DNA of 63,806 nt, the filler included, from Octopus bimaculoides (lineage: Eukaryota), in NCBI RefSeq assembly GCF_001194135.2. It is 5 parts of 5 records of this genome, joined end to end, with 100 filler letters (N's around TTAATTAATTAA, not from the genome) between each part and the next. Parts side by side here need not be neighbours in the genome. Positions count along the whole stretch, not along the records: positions 27,552 to 49,421 come from NC_068985.1; positions 49,522 to 61,588 come from NC_068995.1; 3 more parts are not named here. One strand, 5' to 3'. A program made the translations under genes and the position numbers. Below the pieces are notes generated by a model. The model ran no database searches. It was not told the origin of the DNA and worked only from the letters and a program-made list of their open reading frames with translations. Shown piece after piece: positions 38,625 through 49,619 of this stretch (within the stretch, counting starts at the first letter, position 1; each line of letters begins with the position of its first letter).

Positions 38625-40150
38625 TGCTACTTAGGTGACCAAATTAGTAACAGTGGTGGATGCTCTGAAAGTATTGTTTCTAAAATAAGAATAGGATGGA
38701 GGAAGTTCAGAGGGCTACTACGGCTGTTGGCAACAAACGGACTCTCTCTCAGAGTGAAAGGTAGATTGTATGATGCTTGTTTACAAAGGCTGTATTCCAT
38801 GATGGTGAGACATGGTCTTTGAATGTGGAGGACATGCATAGACAGGAGAGGAATGAAGGTAGTATGCTCCATTGGATTTGCAACATGAGTGTGCATGACT
38901 GACAAAGCGCAACTGTGTTGAGAGAAAAATTATGCATAAGAGGAATTAAATGTAACATGCAGGAGAGGAGAATGTGTTGGTTTAGATATGTGATGCGTAT
39001 GAGTGAAGACAACTGTATATAGAAGTGCCTATCACTGAAAGTGGATGGTACCTGTGGAAGAGGGAGACCCAGGAAGACATAGGATGAAGTGGTGAGGACC
39101 AATCTCAGGATGTTAGGGTTCATGGAGGAAATGACAATGAACAGAGATGTTTGGCAATACGAGGTTCTACAGAAGATCTGCTCATGTCAGTGAAACTGAG
39201 TGCTAGAAGCATTGTGTCCCACCCACATGTAACAATAAACTTTTCATACACCCAGCCCCTCTTCTAAACTGCATCGTTCTCTTTTCCTCACATTTCTTCT
39301 TCATACACTATGATTGTCTCCCACTCCCCTTCCTCGTCCTCACTGCCCTGCTTACTGTATTGTTACTTTCCCCCACCCCATTTTTATACCCAGGTTTCAC
39401 TGCAATCCCTACTCCCTACTTGCACCTTCTTGACAATACTTGACTGCATATGTTATGACCCCTGTACCTTGAGGGCATGCCCTGGCAATTGCCACCATTT
39501 ATCTCTCTCTACCTTACTCTACCATCACATCGATGCTCTGATCCTTGTTACTTGTGAATATACCCTGGCACTTCACCACCATCTGTCTCCTGCTCTCTCT
39601 TGCCCTCTTGCTGTTTCCCACTCTCTCTCCCTCTCTTTCCCTTGCTCTTCCCTTGGCCGGGTAGCCATGTATCTCCTCTACAGTGACACACCTCTTTCTG
39701 CTCTCATTCTTGATAATTCTCTCACTCCTCTTACTTTTTCCTCTAGCAAGGTAACCAAGTATCTCTTTTACATCAGCACACCTGTTTCTGTCCACTTTCT
39801 TGTAACTCTCTCTCTCTCTAACCATGTACCTCCTCTATAGCAAGACACCTATTTCTGCCTCTCTGTTTCTCTGTCACACTCTAACCGTTCATCATCTGAC
39901 ACAAGTTCCCTCCTCCAATGTCCCTGCCCCTCTCATAATTCCTTGTCTTGCAAGTTACTTGGTGACCCTGCTGGTGCCAGTGCCATGTAAAACGCATCCA
40001 GTCCACACTGTAAAGTGGTTGACATTTGGAAGGGCATCCAACTGTAAAAACCATGCCAAAATTGACCTCATCTGTGCTAGTGCCACGCAAAAAGCACTGA
40101 GTCCAATCTGCAGAGTGGCTGGTGTTAGGAAGGGCATCCAGTCATAAAAG
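38625..40150 (+). mobile_element. RTE-clade LINE 3' end with long pyrimidine-rich 3' UTR (second subfamily)
   Basis: YLGDQISNSGGCSES-like frame from 38627, then internally repeated CT-rich units and the shared GAAGGGCATCC tail motif. Confidence 0.8.
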
Positions 40151-40275
40151 CTCTGCCCAAAGAAGTACAGCGTCTTGCCATAATTGAGGGGGCACTGGAG
40201 GAAGTGATCTGGTATCAGACGATGAAAGGTTAGAGTGTGACAGAGAAATAGGTGTCTTGCTATAGAGAAGGTACG

Positions 40276-40359
<84 letters not shown>

Positions 40360-40717
40360 CAGGTATGCTGATGTAAAGGAGATACTTGGTTACCTAGTCA
40401 TAGGAAAAGCAAGAGAAGTAGACAGAGAGAGTGATCAAGAATGAGGGCAGAAATAGGTGTGCTGCTAGAGAGGAGATACATGGCTACCCAGCTAGAGGGA
40501 AGAGGAAGGGAAAGAGAGAGAGAGTAGGAAACAACAAAAGTATAAGAGAGAGCAGGAGAGAGATGGTTAAGTGCCAGGGTATCCCTCCACCCCACATATA
40601 TATATATATATTGGGTTTTAATATTTTGCTTAGGCATTGTGATATTAATAACCTAGTGTAGAACTCAATATATATATGTTTCAGAACAAAATGTTAGCTG
40701 AATAGAGAACAAGTAAT

Positions 40718-40980
40718 AAGAGAGATGACGAAGAAATAAATGATCATCTTAGGAACTTCATTAACTTACAGCTGTTTCTACTATAAAATGCAGTGGACTC
40801 ATAGTTGGGTGCCTGAATAACACCTTGTAGCTTTATCAGAGCCTTCATGTTTGAGACTCCAATGAAACTATAAGGTATTATTCAGGCACTCAACTATGAG
40901 TGCACTGCATTTTATAACAGAAACAACTGTAAGTTAATGAAATTCATAAGATAATCATTTATTCTTTTGTCATCTCTCTT
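40718..40980. repeat. Palindromic MITE-like hairpin
   Basis: Arms of about 112 bp (40718-40830, 40868-40980) with a loop of about 37 nt, next to (TA)n. Confidence 0.85.
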
Positions 40981-40981
40981 T

Positions 40982-41028
<47 letters not shown>

Positions 41029-41637
41029 NNNNNNNNNNNNNNNNNNNNNNNNNNNNNNNNNNNNNNNNNNNNNNNNNNNNNNNNNNNNNNNNNNNNNNNN
41101 NNNNNNNNNNNNNNNNNNNNNNNNNNNNNNNNNNNNNNNNNNNNNNNNNNNNNNNNNNNNNNNNNNNNNNNNNNNNNNNNNNNNNNNNNNNNNNNNNNNN
41201 NNNNNNNNNNNNNNNNNNNNNNNNNNNNNNNNNNNNNNNNNNNNNNNNNNNNNNNNNNNNNNNNNNNNNNNNNNNNNNNNNNNNNNNNNNNNNNNNNNNN
41301 NNNNNNNNNNNNNNNNNNNNNNNNNNNNNNNNNNNNNNNNNNNNNNNNNNNNNNNNNNNNNNNNNNNNNNNNNNNNNNNNNNNNNNNNNNNNNNNNNNNN
41401 NNNNNNNNNNNNNNNNNNNNNNNNNNNNNNNNNNNNNNNNNNNNNNNNNNNNNNNNNNNNNNNNNNNNNNNNNNNNNNNNNNNNNNNNNNNNNNNNNNNN
41501 NNNNNNNNNNNNNNNNNNNNNNNNNNNNNNNNNNNNNNNNNNNNNNNNNNNNNNNNNNNNNNNNNNNNNNNNNNNNNNNNNNNNNNNNNNNNNNNNNNNN
41601 NNNNNNNNNNNNNNNNNNNNNNNNNNNNATATATATA

Positions 41638-41862
41638 GGGAGAATTCACAAAAAAAACAAAAGACAAAGACAGGTGGTGTAGAAAACAAACAGATGTATT
41701 AGTATAACGCTCGGGAAGTGAAAAAGTCTTCAATGTTTCGAGCCTACGCTCTTCCACAGAAAGGAACACAGAAAGAATCAAGGAGAGAAAAAAATGTGTA
41801 GTGGTTAGCGATCTATCATGGCGAATGCTGGACAGAAGGGTCACACAGGAGAGCTAAGAAGA

Positions 41863-41868
<6 letters not shown>
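41638..41868 (-). mobile_element. Probable Penelope-like terminus
   Basis: Minus-strand GAAGAGCGTAGGCTCGAAAC signature followed by a T-rich tail, between (TA)n tracts. Confidence 0.5.
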
Positions 41869-41901
<33 letters not shown>

Positions 41902-42691
41902 AATTATGATAAACACAAGTTTATATTATTAGTTCCTACGTACATTTCATCATAATGGTTGCTTAGAATACACACACACACACAGATACAGACACAGACA
42001 CACACACACACTGAGTTTCCATCTACCAAATTCACTCACAAGATATTGGTTTGCCTGGGGCTATAGCAGAAGATAGAAGACACTTGCCTAGCATGTTGCT
42101 CAGTGGGATAACCACGTGGTTGCAGAGAAGCTTCTTAACCACACAGCCATACCCCTGTCTATGATGCTTAATAAAATAAAACAGATTGGTTAATCCAACT
42201 GCTAGCCAATGCAACCAGATACTTGCTGATAAAGTTTTAGAAATGACCTTCCTTTGATAACAGACATTAGGCTCTAGGGAGGAGTTCACCAACAATTTGC
42301 TGAGCCAAGCTGATTAATCAGTTTTAACCAATGGAAAGCATTGAGCTGACTTTGGTGGATCAATTCATCTTTTTGCACAAATTTATATCCAGTTATATGT
42401 CATAAACTTTTCTGTAGTTAAATGAGTATGTGTGTGTGTGTGTGCGTGTGGATATAACAGGGGTAAATAAGATAAACAGAAACTATGGAAAACCAATTGT
42501 GTCAAAATCATTGTAGTGATTACAAGTAAATAAAATAAACAGAAACTATGGAAAACCAATTGTGAGTGATTACAAGTCAACTGAGAACAGTAATTGTTTA
42601 TTGAAGATTTTAATTTGAAAGAAATTTACAAATATAAAATATCTTTCTTTTCATACTGCTTCAATTTAAATTTAATATATAAAATACTTAC

Positions 42692-42730
42692 TGACAGCCA
42701 ACTTTGAATGTCGCTGGGGGTGATATTGCT
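42692..42730 (-). CDS. Candidate 39-nt exon of the serine protease gene
   Basis: Strong pyrimidine tract ending ttcttccag, donor gtaagt. Open in all three frames; phase 1-1 reads QYHPQRHSKLAV. It could equally be a UTR exon. Confidence 0.5.
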
Positions 42731-43189
42731 CTGGAAGAAAAAAAAAAGGACAGAAAGATATCGCACTGTTAGAATTGAGACCTAAACTAATTAGATCTAA
42801 ACTAACTTACTTATAGAAATACTGACTCAAGAATTCAAATACAGCTTAGACATGAAAGCTTATTTCTAAACAATCTTTCTGAAAAGTACGTGACCCTGCC
42901 ATAACTTGGTTTTCTAGCTATGGTGTAAGTTGAGGTATGTCTGTATTTTTATTTCACATTTTAAATCTAATTTAAATTCAGGAGTTGTCTCCCCTCTTCC
43001 TCGATTAGATCTCATTTAGATGAGTCATTAAATCTTGATATCTCTCTATCATCAACTGCAAACGTCATTTTAATTACTGTAAAACTCCAAGTATTATACA
43101 TACATTTTCACCAAAATGATGATTAAAATAAGGATGTATATAATAAATGATATTAGTATAATAAAACCTATTAAAAAGTGTGTATAATA

Positions 43190-44353
43190 TGAGGGTGGGC
43201 TGAAAAGTTCATAGGCAGACTATGAAGGAGTGATACTGGAGCTGTGAAATCTCACATGCTTTAATTTCAGTCTGCTTATTAGTAACTGCATTGTTTCTTC
43301 TCAAGTAAACTGACATCTAACTGTTCAAAGAAGTCTTCAAAACTAACTAGAAGTGACTTCTCTTGAAAATGGACGAACTTAGGCATTGTGGTGTTATCAA
43401 GTACCTTCAGAAAAAGGGTTTGGTCCCCAAGGAGATTCATGCTGACATCGTTGCTATATTAGATGACACTCCGGCTTCATCACCAGTGCAAAATGCACAG
43501 CTGAATTTAGGTCTGGACGTCCTGCAACTTCCACTACCAAGGAAAATATCGATTGTGTTCACCACAAGGTGATGGATGACAGGCGACTGACTATAAATCA
43601 AATAGCCAATGCTATTAGCATATCCCATGAGAGAGTTGAGAATATTCTGCACAATGAATTTGCCATGACGAAAATTTCTGATACTTTATCTAAAGCACAC
43701 CAGGCTGATCACACCAGCTGGTTTTCTTGAACGTTTCCTGAGCCAGGACGATTGTTGGGGCCACCACTTTAATCCAGGACAAAGAGACAATTCATGCAGT
43801 GGAAACACCTTCCTCACCTGCTCCAAAGAAGGCTTAAGTCGTTTCATTTGCTAGGAATGGTGATGGTCTCAGTTTTTTGAGATGCAAAAGGCATTGTGTT
43901 TATTAACTACCTTTAAAAGGGCCACACCATCAATGGCGAGTACTATTCCAATTTGTTGAGGCTTTTATGAAAGGCTATCAAGACCAAACGCCCATGAAAA
44001 CTAACAACAGGAGTCTTATCTCACCAGGACAATGTTCCAGCACACAAGTCCTTGGGTTCAAAGTTGTTGTGCATGACTGTGACTTTGAACTGATTGATTA
44101 CCCTCCCTATTTTCTTGATTTTGCCCCATTTGACAATCATCTGTTCCCCAACATGAACAAACACTTGGCTGAGAACTAGTATTGCAGTGATGATGACTTT
44201 TTTTGACCAACAGGATGAATCAATGGTATCACTGCAACACCAATGGAAGAAGTGTGTGGGCCACAATGGGGACTATGTTGAAAAATAAACCTTATTTGGC
44301 CTCATTCCATGAGAGTAGCTTGGTCAGCCTATAAACTTTTCAGCTAACTCTCA
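43190..44353 (+). mobile_element. Mariner-family DNA transposon, degenerate
   Basis: TA-flanked TIRs TGAG(G/A)G...GCTGAAAAGTT(C/T)ATAGGC at both ends. Remnants MDELRHCGVIKYLQKKGLVPKEIHAD and IDYPPYFLDFAPFDNHLFPNM (HPPYSPDLAPSD-like). Many stops. Confidence 0.9.
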
Positions 44354-44385
44354 TACATAGAGTATTAAGTGTGTATATACAGGGT

Positions 44386-47267
44386 TTAGATGGTGCCACT
44401 CTCACTGTGAAGCCATCTAATGATGACTCTGTTCAGAAGGCTGTAATATGTCATTCGATAAAGAAACACGATACAATGAATTCATAGAACAAAGCTGTAA
44501 CTTTAAATACTTTACTCTCGATCTCAAATATATACAAATTGAATGATAATAGAAAGAGTTCATAAGTGAAGGGCCATGTTCATCTTTTGTCTACTACCTC
44601 ATGTCTGCTAGCTGTCTGCATGCATACAAGAGCCAGCTAGGTCATGTCTTCACGGTCTGGCGTCTTGACGTGAAAGAGGAAGTGGTTTAGTGTCCGAACC
44701 TTAGTGCTGAGTGTACCCTCTTGTGACCAGCTAATTTAGGCAGCCGCTGTCAAGGGAGATAACTGCACCAACCAGTCAAACAAAAGTAAGATAGGCGAAG
44801 TACGTGTGCGATAGAAGGGCACAGAAGAATGAACCATGGTAAAACAGTTGTATGAACAATGCAAGAGTACAAATTTTGAGGAAACATGCAGAAAAATATC
44901 TAATCTTGTAGAGAACAAAATGTGTAATACACAGAATCCGAATTAAGGCAGAACAATTGAAAAATACAATGCAAGTATGTACAAGGAAAATGTTCAGCAA
45001 AGAAAGGTATCCAATCAAATAGAACAAAGTATATATGTACAATGGTACAGAAACAGAAAATATGAATGCGGTGTCTATAACAAGATAAGTCTATTCTCTG
45101 GAACAGTCACTGGCGAGGCAAAGTTAAGAAATGTAAATAGTCTGAGACAATTTCTTCGGCCAATGAACTGATCTGGCAGAACATGTCCTGTCGGGTGAAG
45201 AATGCATTTGTGTAGTTGGTTTTTTGGTGAGTGGAAGTGATGCTTGTAGGGGTGGATGTGGCAGTGTTTGTAGAATGATGGGTGTGTCAGCAAATGATAT
45301 GAATGTTTTGGAAAAGGTTTTTTTTTACTCTGTCGACAGAGACAGTCTCTTTTTTCCCATGAATGTTCATAGTGAACAGTTTCAGTGTGCTTCTAAGAAC
45401 ATGATAGGGACCAGTGTAGGGAGGTGTGAACAGTCCCTTGATGGCATCATTTTTTACAAACATGTGAGTCCAAGTAGAAATATCCGGAAGTACTGTAGAG
45501 GAAATAGACTGGTTGTGAGGAAGCATTGGTGGCAGGTCAGCAATGACAAAGATCCACTTGAAATCCTTACGGAGTGATAAATCCAGGGTAAGAGACATTT
45601 GTCCGTAGGTTTTAATAGCGGAGTGATTCACCACATAGAGAGATATGTCGGAAAGACCAGGATTGGTGGAAGTAAACCTTCGGGGCCAGACGCTGACGCT
45701 GGCTCCCATGTCCACCATAAAGGACTTTGAAGAAATAGCATCTCGGATAAAAAATGCACGGTAAGGTGAATCAGTGGGGGAAACAACTGACGTGCCCAGT
45801 GCCTCCCAGCCTAGTTTCCCTGAGAAGAGTAAGAGCAGGGCTGTGTACACTTTTTGGCCTAGTTCTTGAATTTCCTATGGTACCAGAAAATTGGTGGAGC
45901 AAGAAGCGCGCATCCATGCGAGAAGGAACAATGTCTGGTTCTCTCTGCAGAATAGTTCCATGAAGAAGAACGGTTCCTGCACATGTATGAAACCTGACAG
46001 GTCAGTTCTCTAATGGCCTGTAAGGTTTTGGAGGATTGTGTGTCATCTGGAGTAGAAGAAGAAGTGCAAGCTCACGAGAAAGGCGAAGAAGCGACGACGT
46101 TATCGGTGATAATGGTGTGCCAGAGAATTCTATAATCCTGTCTGTAGAGGTGGCAAGTTGTTCAAGGGCTGTATGTTCCATCATGGGAACTAAAATCGAT
46201 TGGACATTAGAGAGCATCCTTGAGAAAAATAACTGTCTAATGAATGATTGCCCTTCATATGAACTATCAGTCAATTCCCGGGTCTGTCACAAAAACTCAG
46301 TGGGGATTTGGTCCCTGAGATGCTCATCATGCAAGAGTGTGTGAAATTTACTTTCATCTGAAGGAAAGTTACGTCTGAGAACCTCAGTTTTGAAGGATTC
46401 ATACGTCATGTCCAATGGAGTTTCTGTTATCATATCATGTACTGAAAGTGCGAGAGGAGAAGGAATGCCTGTAAGTGCAATGTGGAGTTTGCTCTGAGCC
46501 AACTGAATATTAGAGGAAATGGAAAACAATTCCAATTGTGAAAACCACATCTTAGCATCACCATGAAATTGAGGCAAAGGAAAATGACTCATCTTTAGAT
46601 GATAATAGGAAATCGAACGTCACGAAGAACAAACTGATTGAAAGAAACGCCATTAGAAATAGCAGTCAAACACCATAGTTGAAAGAAGACAGACGAGCAT
46701 CGAACAAGGAATTTTTTCAGCAGAGGATGAAATGGGAGAAGTCCTTGCCAAAAGATGAAGAACAAAACAATGGCCAACACATGGATAATCCGGCAAGTAG
46801 GAAAAATTGTTATCCATGTGAATTCTGGATAAAATTTGCTATTAAATATACCGCTTGCATGTAAAAAAAGAAGAAAATTCTCCTGAGAAGCTGTCTTAGA
46901 AGGACTATGTTGTAATTTCAGTTACAACATGAGGGTAAACTGATATGCAGTTACTGCTTGAAAATGTTGCCAAAACTTTTTGGTAGAGAAGACAATATAA
47001 CAAGAGAGACATCAGTAGTATATCCTTATGCAATGAATGGCGGTTTGGTCATGTAGACGAACTCGAGAAGGAGAAAAAGGAATACGTATCCACAGGTCAG
47101 AAATTTCTGTTATCATATCATTAGAAGGAATTGTCGTGTAGAACATTGGGGTTACAATTTTAGCTGGTAGTGGTGCATGTTACACATCGGGGTTACCATT
47201 TTAGATGGTGCCGTTTTCACTGTGAAGCCATCTAATGATGACTCTGTTCAGAAGACTGTAATATGTC
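44386..47267 (-). mobile_element. Ty3/Gypsy (Mag-like) LTR retrotransposon, internally deleted
   Basis: Gag remnant (LPQFHGDAKMWFSQLE..., 46287-46592), aspartyl protease (FMVDMGASVSV) and integrase C-terminus (THMFVK...PYTGPYHVL...VSVDRVK). Direct repeat of about 66 bp at 44386-44451 and 47200-47267. PBS adjacent to the upstream repeat. Exact LTR limits and TSD not resolved. Confidence 0.88.
47183..47198 (-). promoter_or_regulatory. Primer-binding site complementary to tRNA-Trp
   Basis: Minus strand reads TGGTAACCCCGATGTG, 14/16 identical to TGGTGACCCCGACGTG, the complement of the eukaryotic tRNA-Trp 3' end. It lies directly downstream of the LTR remnant. Confidence 0.75.
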
Positions 47268-47269
47268 TT

Positions 47270-47482
47270 AGACTCCATCTAAGAAGAACTGAAGAAGGAT
47301 TTGTATTCCGAAATATCATTGGACTATAGATAACTAAATTACAACAGGTATATAGTCCATTTTTTGTATTATAGTGCATTGTAGTACCATTCAAAACTTT
47401 TTATTCTTTACAAACAATACACAATGTTTCAAGCGAACTACAATACTCTCTTATATTATTTAGATTATTATTATTATTATTA
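47270..47482 (+). mobile_element. Penelope-like element 3' end, same family as 34440-34595
   Basis: CTGAAGAAGG...CCGAAA motif, shared caaacaatacacaatg.ttcaag.gaactacaatactctc, and a (TTA)n tail. Confidence 0.6.
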
Positions 47483-47949
47483 TGGCCGTCAGCCTGTGAT
47501 GTCATACAAGTTGGAGCTCCGTAATTTGTAAGTGTTTAATCAAGCATTTAGGCTGGTTACAGCCCGTTCATTCAAAATATTATTTAATGATCAGGAGAGA
47601 TTGTGTACTCCGCTGCGGTCGACAAGGTAAGGTCCAACGTTTCATTCTGTCCTTTTGCTTCTTGTTGTCTTTTTCCTCCATCACACCACAGCTTGCATTG
47701 TCTGGACCGTGGTGGTAACATTTTGTGTAATTGCACCCCCTTTTCGAGGGTATAATAATTGTTTTGCATTCTTTGCATTTTTCAGAAGACAAGATTTGAT
47801 TCCCTTTTAGCTATTTTAAAAAATGTCGGATTACGAAAAATAATAATAATTGACCGAGAGCAGCGTTCTGTTGACTCAGTCGTAACTTCGAACATAAACA
47901 CAGCCGAAGGTGAAGTTCATTTCTCGCCAAAGAGAAATATAATTTCCTT

Positions 47950-49106
47950 TTATTGCTGTGATGCCAGTAACAAGTACAGAAAGTACTAGCAGCAACGATA
48001 ATGACGACGAGGACTACAGCAGCAACAAAGTGAACAACAGCAGCAGCACCACCTCCAGCACAAACAGCAGAAACAACAACAATAACAGTAACTGTATCAA
48101 CAACATCAGCAACAAGATGAACAAGACCGAAAACAAGAAAAGTAACTTGAAGAAGATTGAAAACAACAAGAGTGGTAACTGTGCGGAAAACAACAACACC
48201 GAAGACAACAACGACAACAACAGCAGTAGCAGCAATAATAACTTAATGAACCTCAACAAAGTTAATTCTTTTTCTAAAGCCGTTAGCAATGGACTACTTT
48301 TTCAGTAGATGACTTGAAGAATAAGGCACTGAAATACAAGAGTAACATTATGAAGCCAGATGTTGTGTGCCTTAGTGAGGAGGAGAAAAAAAAACGAACA
48401 AAAAGGCTTTTATCAGAGATAAAAAGAAAAACTGAATACGAAACAAAAAGACGAACAATTGTTTATAAATGTTTCTCGCAAGAAGAGGAAACTTAAATTT
48501 CCGAAAAATGCCTCGAAGATGTGTGGCTCTCAGTGCTACACATATAGAAAGGTAAACAGTATGGGATGGTAGCTGCTATATGCAGCAGTGAGCAAGAAGC
48601 CAGAAGAATGGCTACTATAACTTGCACGTCCCAGGCTTTTGTAATGATTCCCCATTACATGGGTAAAAGGTTGACTCGAATTGGAGTCAAGAACGTGCCG
48701 GTTCACCGTAATCCGGCGAGGGTTTTAGCCATTCTGGTGGAGCATAGGGAAATTTAGAGGTGAAGTCCACCCCACAACACAACAAAACTGGAACTCTTAT
48801 GAAATTCCAGTTACTAGTTTCTCCAAAGGAAATAAATCACATTCCCAATTTTTTCTGTTTCGAGGAATGTGAACAGACGCCAGTTTCTATAGAAAGTAAA
48901 AAAACAGAAGTGTTTTGTATGTGGGAATTTGAATCACCCCAAAGCCTATTTCCCTGCAATGGAGAAAGCACGAAGTTCTCCACCGCTACTACCAACTCCT
49001 CAAGGTGGGAACAAAACTATTTCCTCGAATCTGCCTCCTTCCTCCGACTCAGGTCTCGCAAAAGCAAAGTCCTCACTGACGTCACACCACAAGGCCTTTA
49101 TCGGAG
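47950..49106 (+). mobile_element. Tx1/L1-type LINE ORF1 (gag-like) remnant
   Basis: Asn-rich N-terminal segment, RLTRIGVKNVPVH (RRM-like), HIPNFF and a degenerate zinc knuckle CFVCGNLNHPKAYF. Several frameshifts and stops. Confidence 0.65.
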
Positions 49107-49107
49107 A

Positions 49108-49136
49108 CTAGCAGTATAACCCGACCTTGTCCGGGT
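49108..49136 (-). mobile_element. Helitron 3' terminus
   Basis: Minus strand: ACCCG-gacaaggt-CGGGT hairpin, 7 nt, then CTAG followed by T. Confidence 0.6.
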
Positions 49137-49421
49137 GTGACTTATTATGCCATCTACGATAAGTCTTGCTAGCTGAAAATCAACTAAAAAAGAAAGCCTT
49201 ACAACGAAAAAAACCCTTATGATGTAAATATGTTCATAAATCAAAAGACGATGAAATTAATAGGGAAAGTCTGAAGGCTGTTTTGCGTAAAATTATTAAG
49301 CATACGTAAATTTCATCCGTGTAATTGGCTATAGAAATGCTTGTGCAAAACAACTTTTTGCGCTGCCCTGATTATACATAGCAGGAGCTAGGACGGCAAT
49401 TTCTGATGAAGCAATTGCTGG

Positions 49422-49521
49422 NNNNNNNNNNNNNNNNNNNNNNNNNNNNNNNNNNNNNNNNNNNNTTAATTAATTAANNNNNNNNNNNNNNNNNNNNNNN
49501 NNNNNNNNNNNNNNNNNNNNN
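49422..49521. other. Artificial scaffold-join spacer
   Basis: 44N + TTAATTAATTAA + 44N. Confidence 0.95.
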
Positions 49522-49580
49522 AATAATAATAATAATAATAGTAATAATAATGATAATAATACTACTACTACTACTACTAC

Positions 49581-49619
<39 letters not shown>

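Noticed and set aside
49400-49421. CTGATGA-AGC-AATT-GCT as a hammerhead
   Set aside because: The stem is followed by GG and then the gap, not GAAA, so it cannot be supported.
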